From an uncultured Opitutales bacterium (GTDB lineage Bacteria; Verrucomicrobiota; Verrucomicrobiia; Opitutales; CAZQIE01): a stretch of DNA of 64,000 nucleotides. Under the pieces are notes generated by a model. The model had not been told where the DNA came from. It worked only from the letters and a program-made list of their open reading frames with translations, and did not search any database. Each line of letters starts with the position of its first letter. Position 1 is the stretch's first letter. Positions 47,814 through 56,635 of this stretch are shown here, one piece after another. Position numbers and translations under genes: made by a program. The stretch lies in NCBI GenBank assembly GCA_964593675.1, contig CAZQIE010000004.1:7267-71266 (forward strand). The letters are read 5' to 3'.

Positions 47814-49367
47814 ATGGCCATAGCACCTCACCTTCTTGAACAGCTCGAAAAGCGGCGCGCCGAAGCCCGCCTCGGCGGCGGCCAGGACAAGATTGACGCC
47901 CGTCACGCCAAGGGGCTTCTGACAGCCCGCGAGCGCATTGACACCCTCTTCGAGACCGACACCTTCCAGGAATTCGGCATGCACGTGCAGCACACCTGCA
48001 CGGACTTCGGCATGGCCGGCAAGAGCCTGCCGGGTGACGGCGTTGTGACCGGCACGGGCTTTGTGGACGGCCGCCCGGTGGCGGCGTTCAGCCAGGACTT
48101 CACGGTTGGCGGCGGTGCGCTCGGGCGCATGCACGCCAAGAAGATTTGCGACCTGATGGACTACGCGGTCCAGACGGGCATGCCGGTCATCGGCATCAAT
48201 GACTCCGGCGGCGCGCGCATTCAGGAGGCGGTGAACTCGCTCTCCGGTTACGGGCAGGTGTTCTACAAGAACGTGCTGCTCTCCGGCGTTGTCCCGCAGA
48301 TCGCGATCATTGCCGGCCCGTGCGCCGGTGGTGCGGCGTACTCCCCGGCCCTGACGGACTTCATCATCATGACGCGGGAGAACTCCCAGATGTTCATCTG
48401 CGGTCCCGAAGTCATCAAAGCGGCGACCGGTGAGAAGGCGTCGCTGGAGCAGTTCGCGACGGCGCAGGCGCACGCGTCGGTGAGCGGCAACATCCACATG
48501 ATTGCCGACAACGACCGGCACGCCATCGAGCTCGCCAAGAAGCTCCTGTCGTACCTGCCGTCCAACAACATGTCGGACCCGCCGCACCGGCCGTCCGAGC
48601 ACATCACGATCGCGCGTGACGAGGGCATGAACGCCCTGGTGCCCGCGGACTCGAAGATGCCGCTCAACGTCTATGAAGTCATCCACCGCCTCGTTGACGG
48701 CGGCGACTTCCTGGAGATCCAGCGCGAATGGGCGAAGAACATCGTCGTGGGCTTTGCCCGCATCGAAGGCATCGTGGTGGGCATTATCGCCAACCAGCCC
48801 AGTTTCAAGGCTGGCACGCTGGACATCGACGCCTCGGACAAGGCGGCGCGGTTCATCCGCACGTGCAACATTTACAACATCCCGATCCTTTCGCTCGTGG
48901 ACGTCCCCGGCTTCATGCCCGGTCTGGCCCAGGAGCGCGGCGGCATCATTCGCCATGGCGCGAAGATGCTGTTTGCCTACGCAGCGGCGACGGTGCCCAA
49001 GATCACCGTCATTCTCCGCAAGGCCTACGGTGGCGCTTACCTCGCGATGTGCAGCTCCGACCTCGGCGCGGACCTGGTGTTTGCTTGGCCGACGGCTGAA
49101 ATCGCGGTCATGGGTGCTGAAGGCGCGGTGAAGGTCCTTTACAAGAAGGAAATCACGGACGCTCCGGACCCGAAGGCCCGCGAAGCGGAACTGCGCAAGG
49201 AGTATCAGGCCAAGTTCGCCTCGCCCTACCAGGCGGCGGAAAGCGGGATGATCAGCGACGTTATCGACCCGGCGCAGACGCGCTCGATCGTGGCGCTCGG
49301 CTTGCGCAACACGCTCTCGAAGCGCTGCACGCGTCCGCCGAAGAAGCACGGCAACATTCCGCTCTAA
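47814..49367 (+). CDS. Methylmalonyl-CoA carboxyltransferase / propionyl-CoA carboxylase beta-type subunit (12S/MmdA-like)
   Basis: 517 aa. RERIDTLF, GINDSGGARIQE, and VGIIANQP..AGTLDIDASDKAARFIRTCN carboxyltransferase motifs. Confidence 0.93.
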   Translation: MAIAPHLLEQLEKRRAEARLGGGQDKIDARHAKGLLTARERIDTLFETDTFQEFGMHVQHTCTDFGMAGKSLPGDGVVTGTGFVDGRPVAAFSQDFTVGGGALGRMHAKKICDLMDYAVQTGMPVIGINDSGGARIQEAVNSLSGYGQVFYKNVLLSGVVPQIAIIAGPCAGGAAYSPALTDFIIMTRENSQMFICGPEVIKAATGEKASLEQFATAQAHASVSGNIHMIADNDRHAIELAKKLLSYLPSNNMSDPPHRPSEHITIARDEGMNALVPADSKMPLNVYEVIHRLVDGGDFLEIQREWAKNIVVGFARIEGIVVGIIANQPSFKAGTLDIDASDKAARFIRTCNIYNIPILSLVDVPGFMPGLAQERGGIIRHGAKMLFAYAAATVPKITVILRKAYGGAYLAMCSSDLGADLVFAWPTAEIAVMGAEGAVKVLYKKEITDAPDPKAREAELRKEYQAKFASPYQAAESGMISDVIDPAQTRSIVALGLRNTLSKRCTRPPKKHGNIPL

Positions 49368-49391
49368 TCCCACAAGGACCCGAAACCGGAA

Positions 49392-49778
49392 ATGAACCCA
49401 TACCTTATCCTGGGCGCCGCGGAAGGTTCCGTATCGCCGGGCGACCTGGCCCTCGTGGTCATCGCCTGCGCGCTGCTGGCCCTCCTGCTCGTCGTCCTGC
49501 GCGTGGCAAGCCCCAAGCTGCTGGAAAAGCAGGGGGTGTTGCCCGTCGCGCAGCCCGGCCCTTCGGCCCCGCTGTCGCCCATCACCGCCGGGATTCCGAT
49601 GCCGACGTCTCCCGAGACGCCTGCCCAGGACATTCCGCCGCACATTCTGGCCGTCATCGCGGCGGCCGTCCATGTCTCGGTCCAGCAGCCGCATCGCATC
49701 GTGAAGGTGAGCAGCCATGCCACCACTTGGGCGATTGAAGGCCGCCGTGACCACTTCCAGAGCCACCAATTCCGTTAA
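49392..49778 (+). CDS. OadG/MmdD-like small membrane subunit of a biotin-dependent decarboxylase (tentative)
   Basis: One N-terminal TM helix (LALVVIACALLALLLVVL), a P-rich linker, then IPPHILAVIAAAVH...HRIV resembling gamma/delta subunits. Its position between the carboxyltransferase and BCCP genes supports this. Confidence 0.5.
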   Translation: MNPYLILGAAEGSVSPGDLALVVIACALLALLLVVLRVASPKLLEKQGVLPVAQPGPSAPLSPITAGIPMPTSPETPAQDIPPHILAVIAAAVHVSVQQPHRIVKVSSHATTWAIEGRRDHFQSHQFR

Positions 49779-49799
49779 AAGACACACTCTCCCAGTCTC

Positions 49800-50210
49800 A
49801 TGAAACGTCTGCGCATTACCGTTGAAGGCAAGACCTACGAAGTAACCGTCGAAACGCTTGGCGCCGAAGGTGCCGCGACGGCTCCCGTGGTCCCCCTCGT
49901 CTCGTCGGCCGCTCCGGCTCCTGCTCCCGTGGCTCCGGCCCCGGTGGCCCCGGCTCCTGTTCCCGTCGCGCCCGCGCCCGCCGCTGCCGCTGGTGGCGCT
50001 GGCAACGTTCCCAGCCCGCTTGCCGCCGTGGTCGTCTCCATTGACGTCAGCCTCGGCCAGAAGGTTGAGGAAGGCCAGAAGCTCATTACGCTGGAGGCGA
50101 TGAAGATGAACACCTTCGTGAACGCCCCCAAGGCCGGCACGATCGCCGCCATCCACGTGAAGGCGGGCGACTCCGTTTCCGAAGGCCAAGGCCTTATCAC
50201 GCTTCAGTAA
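49800..50210 (+). CDS. Biotin carboxyl carrier protein (1.3S/MmdC-like)
   Basis: The C-terminal biotinyl domain has the EAMKM motif (LITLEAMKMNTFV), preceded by an Ala/Pro-rich linker. Confidence 0.9.
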   Translation: MKRLRITVEGKTYEVTVETLGAEGAATAPVVPLVSSAAPAPAPVAPAPVAPAPVPVAPAPAAAAGGAGNVPSPLAAVVVSIDVSLGQKVEEGQKLITLEAMKMNTFVNAPKAGTIAAIHVKAGDSVSEGQGLITLQ

Positions 50211-50225
50211 ACGCTTGCGGCTGAC

Positions 50226-50247
50226 GGCCCGCCCATTGGGGCGGGCC
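50226..50247 (+). other. Intra-operon GC stem-loop without a U-tract
   Basis: ggcccgccc attg gggcgggcc: a perfect 9-bp stem between the BCCP and CoA-transferase genes. It may be an mRNA stability or processing element. Confidence 0.4.
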
Positions 50248-50276
50248 GCTCGCTGTCCGCACACTTTGATCGCACC

Positions 50277-51782
50277 ATGTCCCAAAGCCTTCTGAACAAA
50301 GTATTTCGCGAGATTAGCCCGGAAGAGGCCGCAAGCCTGATTCGCCATGGGCAGACCATTGGCTTCAGCGGTTTCACGCCCGCCGGTGCCTGCAAGGTCG
50401 TTCCCAAGGCGATTGCCGCACGCGCCAAGGCGGAGCACGCCGCGGGGCGCCCCTTCAAGGTGGGCGTCATCACGGGTGCCTCCACCGGCAAGTCGCTTGA
50501 CGGCGAGCTGGCGCGCGCCGATGCCGTGCTTTTCCGCACGCCGTACCAGTCCGACAAGGACCTGCGCGACAGCATCAACCAGGGCAAGACGCGGTTCTTT
50601 GACATGCACCTGTCCGTGGTGCCCCAGTGGGTGCGCTACGGGTTCCTCGGTCGCATCGATTGGGCTATCGTTGAAGCCTGTGACGTCACGCCCAATGGCG
50701 AGATCGTCCTGAGCACCTCCGTGGGCTGCTCGCCGGCGTTCTTGAACTGCGCGGAAAACATCATCATCGAGCTCAACGAATTCCACCCGAGCCGCCTGCG
50801 CGGGTTCCACGACATTTACGAGACGGCCAATCCGCCGTACCGCCGCGAAATCCCGATCTACACGCCGTCGGACCGCTGTGGTTCGGCCGTGGTGAAGGTG
50901 GATCCGTCGAAGATCGTGGGCATCGTGCGCACGAACGCTCCGGACGAAACCGGCGGTTTCGAGGAAGCGGACGCGGTGACGCAGAAGATCGGCCAGAACG
51001 TGGCGGAGTTCCTCGCCGCGGAAGTGAAGATGGGCCGCATCCCGTCCACCTTCCTGCCCATCCAGTCGGGCGTCGGCAACATCGCCAACGCCGTGCTCGG
51101 CGCCATGGGTGCGCACCCGGACATCCCGGCCTTCGAGATGTACTCCGAGGTGATTCAGGACTCCGTGATCGCGCTGATGAAGCAGAACCGCATCCGGTTC
51201 GCCAGCGGCACATCCATCACGGTGGGCCCGCACATCCTGAAGGAAGTTTACGGGAACCTGGAATTTTTCCGCCCGCGCATGGTTTTGCGCCCGCAGGAAA
51301 TCTCGAACAACCCGGAACTCGTCCGGCGCCTGGGGATTATCACGGTCAACACGGCCATCGAGGTGGACCTGTTCGGCAACGTGAACAGCACGCACCCGCT
51401 GGGCAAGAACCTGATGAACGGTATCGGTGGCTCGGGTGACTTCACCCGCAACGCCTATATCTCCATCTTCACCTGCCCGTCGCTCGCCAAGGGCGGCAAG
51501 ATCAGCCCGATTGTCCCGCTCGTGGCCCACATGGACCACAGCGAGCACTCGGTCTCGGTCATCGTCACGGAGCAGGGTGTGGCGGACATGCGCTGCAAGG
51601 ACCCGCACGAACGCGCCGAACTCATCGTCGAAAAGTGCGCCCATCCGGAGTACCGCGACGAGCTTCGCGGCTACTTCAAGAGCGTCAAGGACGGCCACAC
51701 GCCGCAGACCCTCAAGCAGGCGTTTGCGATGCACCAGAAGTTCCTCGAGACGGGAGACATGCACGGCGTAAAGTGGAGCTAG
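50277..51782 (+). CDS. Succinate CoA-transferase / acetyl-CoA hydrolase-transferase family (propionyl-CoA:succinate CoA transferase-like)
   Basis: 501 aa. GFSGFTPAG, EACDVTPNGEIVLSTSVG and NGIGGSGDF motifs of the Ach1/ScpC/Cat1 family. Confidence 0.88.
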   Translation: MSQSLLNKVFREISPEEAASLIRHGQTIGFSGFTPAGACKVVPKAIAARAKAEHAAGRPFKVGVITGASTGKSLDGELARADAVLFRTPYQSDKDLRDSINQGKTRFFDMHLSVVPQWVRYGFLGRIDWAIVEACDVTPNGEIVLSTSVGCSPAFLNCAENIIIELNEFHPSRLRGFHDIYETANPPYRREIPIYTPSDRCGSAVVKVDPSKIVGIVRTNAPDETGGFEEADAVTQKIGQNVAEFLAAEVKMGRIPSTFLPIQSGVGNIANAVLGAMGAHPDIPAFEMYSEVIQDSVIALMKQNRIRFASGTSITVGPHILKEVYGNLEFFRPRMVLRPQEISNNPELVRRLGIITVNTAIEVDLFGNVNSTHPLGKNLMNGIGGSGDFTRNAYISIFTCPSLAKGGKISPIVPLVAHMDHSEHSVSVIVTEQGVADMRCKDPHERAELIVEKCAHPEYRDELRGYFKSVKDGHTPQTLKQAFAMHQKFLETGDMHGVKWS

Positions 51783-51820
51783 TCCACCGCGCCGCGCGAC
51801 AAACGTCCGCGGAAAAAACA

Positions 51821-51855
51821 AAAAAACCCGAGCTCGCAGGAGCCCGGGTTTTTTT
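51821..51855. terminator. Bidirectional rho-independent terminator
   Basis: aaaaaa cccgagctc gcag gagcccggg ttttttt between the convergent CoA-transferase and rph genes. Confidence 0.85.
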
Positions 51856-51872
51856 GTGGCCTGTGCCAGAGC

Positions 51873-52625
51873 TTACGGCTTCGCGGCGGCCGCGGCGGCC
51901 AGCGTGGCCCGCTGGAGGGAGCCGATCGTGCCAAGGCCTTCCTTTGCGAGCTTGAGGAGCGCATCGAGCTCTTCCTGCGAAAACGTGGCTTCCTCGCCGG
52001 CGCCCTGGACTTCCACGAAGCGCCCGGAGCCCGTCATCACGATGTTCGCGTCGACGGCGGCATCCTTGTCTTCCGCGTAATTGAGGTCGAGCAGCGGGGT
52101 GTCTTCGCAAAGGCCGACGCTGACGGCGGCGACGGAGTCCGTGAACGGGTTCTGGGCGATCAGCCCCTGCGCCATCAGCTTGTTTACGGCAAGCTGGGCG
52201 GCCACGTACGCGCCGGAAATGGCGGCGGTGCGCGTGCCACCGTCGGCCTGGAGGACGTCGCAGTCGATCCAGAGCGTCATGCCCGGGAGCTTTTGCAGGT
52301 CCACCACGGCGCGGATCGCGCGGCCGATGAGACGCTGGATTTCCACGGAGCGCCCGTCGACCTTGCCCTTCGTGCTGTCACGCGCCTTGCGGTCGAGCGT
52401 GCTGTAGGGCAAAAGGGAATACTCGGCGGTGATCCAGCCGCCCGGCACACCCTGTTGCAGCATCCACGACGGCACCTTCTTCTCGATCATGGCCGCGCAG
52501 ATGACCCGCGTCTTGCCGAAGGAGGCGAGCACGCTTCCGGTGGCATGGGGCGCGAAGCCCGGTTCAAAGGAGATCGGGCGCAACTGGTTCGCGGCACGAC
52601 CGTCAGGACGTATAAACGCACACAT
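51873..52625 (-). CDS. rph: Ribonuclease PH
   Basis: RPDGRAANQLRP, GSVLASFGKTRVICAA, CDVLQADGGTRTAAI.GA.VA. Confidence 0.93.
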   Translation of the reverse strand: MCAFIRPDGRAANQLRPISFEPGFAPHATGSVLASFGKTRVICAAMIEKKVPSWMLQQGVPGGWITAEYSLLPYSTLDRKARDSTKGKVDGRSVEIQRLIGRAIRAVVDLQKLPGMTLWIDCDVLQADGGTRTAAISGAYVAAQLAVNKLMAQGLIAQNPFTDSVAAVSVGLCEDTPLLDLNYAEDKDAAVDANIVMTGSGRFVEVQGAGEEATFSQEELDALLKLAKEGLGTIGSLQRATLAAAAAAKP

Positions 52626-52734
52626 GAATTCGGATGGGAAAGGTTTTGGAGCCCTCCAAAACGCCCTAGGCCCGCGTTCATGACAAGACTGAAGCGGCTT
52701 GTCTGCCCCAAGAAAACGGTTTCCCTACGTTGGT

Positions 52735-54549
52735 ATGAGGAGTTTTCTCAAAATGGTTCTCGCGAACCTCGTTGCAATGGGCCTTGCCGCCCTTGCGACG
52801 ATCTCCGCTCTCTTTGCCCTGCTGCTGCTCGTTAGCCTGGTCGCCGGCACTCATGCGGCCCGGGTCCCTGACAAGGCGATCCTCGTGATCGACCTGGGGA
52901 TGAACATCACCGACAGCCCCCACGGCACGACGTTTGACGAGCTTTTGCAGGAGGCCGTGGAAGGCGCGCCCGTCCCCAGCGTGGCCCTGCGCCAGCTGAC
53001 CCTGGCGATCGACCGCGCGGCGGTGGACCCGCAGATCGCGGGCCTGTTCATCTACGGCAGCCTCATGCCGGAGAACTATGGCTCCGGTTACGCGGCGCTC
53101 TCCGAGGTCCGCGCAGCGATCACGCGCTTCAACGAGTCCAGGAAGCCGACCATCGCCTATCTCGTTTCGCCGTCTTTGCGCGATTACTACATCGCCAGCG
53201 CCGCAAAGCGCGTCCTGCTTCACCCGTATGGCATAGTTGCCGTGCACGGTATGGCGGCGGAGAGCCTGTACCTGGCGAAGGCGATGGACAAGTATGGCAT
53301 CGGCGTTCAGGTCACGCGGGTTGGGCGCTACAAGTCGGCGGTCGAGACGTTCACGTCAGACCGTATGAGCGAGGATGACCGCGAGCAGATCGGCGTGCTC
53401 CTTGATGACATCTGGCGCACGATCGTGAAGGACATTGCGGCGGGCCGTAAAATGCCCAGCGAGATCCTCTACGCCGCATCCTCACGCAATGCCTTCTTCA
53501 TGGCCAACGAGGCCGTCAAGGCGGGCCTGGCGGACGGTATCGCCCATTTCGACGAGGTGATCACGGAGCTGGAAATGGAAGGCCGGCGCGATGAGAAGCT
53601 TCAGTCTTTCGCCCAGGTTTCCCTCCGCGACTACATCAACATGGAGCACCTGCACCGGAAGTTCCAGGACGTGGACAAGCCGGAGATCGCGGTGGTCTAT
53701 GTCGAGGGTGAGATTGTGGACGGCGAGGGCTCGCCGCAGAACGCCGGCGCCGACCGCATCGCCCGCGATCTCCGTGCGCTGCGGCAGGACGACCGGGTCG
53801 CGGGCGTCGTGCTGCGCGTGAACAGCCCGGGCGGCAGCGCCATCGCTTCCGAAGTCATCCACCGTGAGCTCATGCTCTTTGAAAAACCGCTCGTGGTCTC
53901 GATGGGCACGTTTGCAGCGTCCGGCGGCTACTGGATTTCGACGCCGGCAAACGCGATCCTCGCGCAGCCCACGAGCATAACGGGGTCCATCGGCGTCTTT
54001 GGTCTCGTGTTCAACGTCAAGCGCATCGCCAATGAGCACGGGGTGACGTTCGACAGTGTGAAAACCTCGCCGTTCGCTGACATCGAGACCATCACGCGCC
54101 CGAAGACGTCCGCCGAAATGGCGATCATCCAGCGCTTCACGGACAACTTCTACGAGCAGTTCGTCTCAAAGGTCTCCGAGGGCCGCGACATGCCGCCAGA
54201 CCGCGTAATGGAGCTGGCGGAGGGGCGCGTGTGGTCTGGCGTGCGGGCGTCGGAGCTCAACCTCACCGATGGTATCGGGGGCTTGGGCGACGCCATCCGC
54301 AAGGTCGCCACGGCCGCGCAGGTGGAGGCGTACACGATCCGGGATGTGCCGGAGCGCAAGACCCTCGGCGAGGCGCTTGCGGAGATGTTTGGCCGGGATG
54401 GCACAACCCCGCCCGTGGTGCGCATTCCGGAGCTTAATGCCTTGGCACGCCTGCGGCGTCAGATCCGCGACGACCTGGGCTGGGTGCGTTCCATGAACGA
54501 CCCGGTCGGCGTCTACGCCCGCATGCCCTTCAACCTCATCATCCGTTAG
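52735..54549 (+). CDS. sppA: Signal peptide peptidase SppA, 67K type (tandem ClpP/crotonase-like domains)
   Basis: First ATG at 52735 (the track ORF starts at TTG 52699). TM anchor, then two S49 domains. The second contains RVNSPGGSAIASE and SMGTFAASGGYWIS. Confidence 0.88.
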   Translation: MRSFLKMVLANLVAMGLAALATISALFALLLLVSLVAGTHAARVPDKAILVIDLGMNITDSPHGTTFDELLQEAVEGAPVPSVALRQLTLAIDRAAVDPQIAGLFIYGSLMPENYGSGYAALSEVRAAITRFNESRKPTIAYLVSPSLRDYYIASAAKRVLLHPYGIVAVHGMAAESLYLAKAMDKYGIGVQVTRVGRYKSAVETFTSDRMSEDDREQIGVLLDDIWRTIVKDIAAGRKMPSEILYAASSRNAFFMANEAVKAGLADGIAHFDEVITELEMEGRRDEKLQSFAQVSLRDYINMEHLHRKFQDVDKPEIAVVYVEGEIVDGEGSPQNAGADRIARDLRALRQDDRVAGVVLRVNSPGGSAIASEVIHRELMLFEKPLVVSMGTFAASGGYWISTPANAILAQPTSITGSIGVFGLVFNVKRIANEHGVTFDSVKTSPFADIETITRPKTSAEMAIIQRFTDNFYEQFVSKVSEGRDMPPDRVMELAEGRVWSGVRASELNLTDGIGGLGDAIRKVATAAQVEAYTIRDVPERKTLGEALAEMFGRDGTTPPVVRIPELNALARLRRQIRDDLGWVRSMNDPVGVYARMPFNLIIR

Positions 54550-54564
54550 CGCCGCTCCGCACCC

Positions 54565-55320
54565 ATGGACGACCAGACCCGCATCGCAAACCTCGAGCAG
54601 CAGGTGGCCGCGCTCCAGCAGACGCTGGCTGAGTTGCGCCGCGACCTGCGGGAGCGCCTCGACGAAAAAATCCCCGACATGCTCGTGGACGTCACGCAGC
54701 AGCTCGAACACCGCGAGCGTCTCCACCGGCTCTTACAGTGGGGACCCGGCCACCTCCCGCCGACGCGGCGCTGGGCGCTGTCTCCCGACGCGCTGATCGT
54801 GATGGTCGAGCACCTCCTGGCCCACCCGTGCAAGCGGCTCGTGGAGTGCGGAAGCGGCGTCTCGACGGTCGCCTTTGCGCGCCTGCTCCAGCTTCAGGGC
54901 GGGGCAGGGCACCTCTACAGTCTGGAATCCAACGAGGCGTTTGCGGGGCAGGTTGCGGGCTGGCTCCGCGAGCTTGGGCTTGAGCGCTTCGTGACCCTGA
55001 TCACGGGCACGCGCTCATACACGTTCCAGGGCGTCTCGTTCAACTGGTATGAGCAGCGCGGCCTGACGACCGAGCCGATCGACTTCCTGCTGGTCGATGG
55101 CCCGCCCACCAACGACTCGCCCCTCGCCCGCTACCCGGCGGCGCCCATCCTCTTCCCCCGCCTCGCACCGGGCGCCCACGTTTTTGTGGACGACTTCAAC
55201 CGGCCCGGCGAGCAGCGCATGTTCGAGGTCTGGAGGGCAGAGTTTCCGCTCTGGCAGCCGGCGCAGCGGCAGACGGAGAAGGGCTTGGGCGTGCTCATCA
55301 AGCCCGGCGCTGGCCATTAG
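54565..55320 (+). CDS. Class I SAM-dependent methyltransferase (Methyltransf_24-like) with an N-terminal coiled coil
   Basis: VECGSGVSTVAFA is motif I and FLLVDGPP is a post-II-like motif. The N-terminus RIANLEQQVAALQQTLAELRRDL is heptad-like. The stop TAG at 55318-20 sits at a MITE junction. Confidence 0.7.
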   Translation: MDDQTRIANLEQQVAALQQTLAELRRDLRERLDEKIPDMLVDVTQQLEHRERLHRLLQWGPGHLPPTRRWALSPDALIVMVEHLLAHPCKRLVECGSGVSTVAFARLLQLQGGAGHLYSLESNEAFAGQVAGWLRELGLERFVTLITGTRSYTFQGVSFNWYEQRGLTTEPIDFLLVDGPPTNDSPLARYPAAPILFPRLAPGAHVFVDDFNRPGEQRMFEVWRAEFPLWQPAQRQTEKGLGVLIKPGAGH

Positions 55321-55407
55321 AGCACATTCAGTCCGAGTGGTCTCACCTGTTAGGTCCCTCCTCCGTCCTCGCGTCGGCGCACGCGACAAACTGAAGGAGA
55401 ACTGCTC
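55320..55407. mobile_element. MITE-like element (copy 4, minimal 88-bp form)
   Basis: TA|gagcacattcagtcc...cctcgcgtcggcgcaCGCGACAAACTGAAggagaactgctc|TA. The GAGCA termini are inverted and TA lies on both flanks (55318-19, 55408-09). Confidence 0.6.
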
Positions 55408-55441
55408 TAGCCTGGAATTGCTCCTGGGAGCCTGGCCGCTT

Positions 55442-56635
55442 TCAGTCGCGGGCTTCCGCGCCTCGCCGGGGCTTGCCGTCTGAAGTGGGTTGGATCAGCG
55501 AAAGGGAGTCGCCGTCCCGCAAAGCATCGGGCGGGTTCGAGACGAGGCGGTCTTGTTCGGATACGCCGGAAAGCACCTCGACATTCGTCCCAAAGTCGCG
55601 GCCCAGTTTAACCGGACGGAAGCGCGCCTTCGAGTTCTCGTCGACTACGACAATGCTGGGACCTTCGGAGCGGAATACAAGCGTGTTGGCCGGCACCATA
55701 AGCTCAGCCTTGGGCTTCGGGAGCGTGATGCGCACGCGCACAAACATGCCTGGCAGCAGCGCACCGTCCGGGTTTGGGACGTCAACCTCGACCTTCAGGG
55801 TGCGGGTCGTCGCGTCCAGCGCACCAGCCGTCCGCACGACTTTACCGGCGAAGTGACGTCCCTCGTATTCCGCGGCCAGCACGGTGGCCGGTATGCCGGG
55901 CTGGATGCCGCGCACGTAGGTCTGGGGCACGCTGACGAAAACTTTCAGCGTGTCCTGCCGCGACAGCACGAAGAGCTCCCGGCTGCCACGGCCTTCGGTG
56001 ATCAGGGCGCCCAAGTCATAGTTGCGGACGGTTACCACGCCGGGGAAGGGGGCCACCACTTTCTGAAACTCCTGCACGTGCGCGAGGCGCTGGGCCTCAG
56101 CCTCCGCCGCGGCCAGCTCGGCGCGGGTTTCCGCAGCCGTTGCCGTCCGTTCCTCGGTCTCAAGCTTCGAAACGAACTCTTTCGCGGAGAGCTCGCCGAT
56201 GCGCTGGAGCTTGATCTGGGCGATCTTTGCGCGCTCCCGTGCCATGTTCGCCCGTGCGCGCGCGGAGGCCAGTTGCGCGTCGACTTCCGGGGCATCAATT
56301 TCCGCGAGCACCTGTCCGGCTTCCACCTTTTGACCGATGTCGGCCGCCCAACGCTTCAGGTAGCCACTGGTGCGCGCATGGAGCGCCACTTCTTCCGCGG
56401 CCTGGGCGGTGCCCGGGAGGGTGAGTTCATCGGTGGGCGGGGCAAGGCGCGCCTGCGTGACGGTCACGGGGAACGTGTTGTCCACGGTCGCAAGGGCAGC
56501 GGGCTTGAGCCTGGCCGAACGCTGCATCTTGATGATCACGCCCGAGGCCGCGACGAGCGCCAGCAGCGCAAGCGCCGTGAGGGTGAGCGTCTTCCGGCCG
56601 CGCGTGGCGGTGGGCTTGATGTCAGGACTCTGCAT
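55442..56635 (-). CDS. RND efflux periplasmic adaptor (membrane fusion protein)
   Basis: N-terminal anchor, alpha-hairpin coiled-coil region (AQLASARARANMARERAKIAQ..), beta-barrel and MP domains. Overlaps the RND gene by 14 nt. Confidence 0.88.
   Translation of the reverse strand: MQSPDIKPTATRGRKTLTLTALALLALVAASGVIIKMQRSARLKPAALATVDNTFPVTVTQARLAPPTDELTLPGTAQAAEEVALHARTSGYLKRWAADIGQKVEAGQVLAEIDAPEVDAQLASARARANMARERAKIAQIKLQRIGELSAKEFVSKLETEERTATAAETRAELAAAEAEAQRLAHVQEFQKVVAPFPGVVTVRNYDLGALITEGRGSRELFVLSRQDTLKVFVSVPQTYVRGIQPGIPATVLAAEYEGRHFAGKVVRTAGALDATTRTLKVEVDVPNPDGALLPGMFVRVRITLPKPKAELMVPANTLVFRSEGPSIVVVDENSKARFRPVKLGRDFGTNVEVLSGVSEQDRLVSNPPDALRDGDSLSLIQPTSDGKPRRGAEARD

Noticed and set aside
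47691-51821. A 1376-codon open reading frame on the minus strand, spanning 4.1 kb without a stop.
   Set aside because: It is exactly antisense to four well-supported plus-strand genes (carboxyltransferase, OadG-like, BCCP, CoA transferase) and their spacers. The translation is R/G/A/D/H-rich with no recognisable domain. Long shadow ORFs are expected opposite genes with strong GC3 codon bias.
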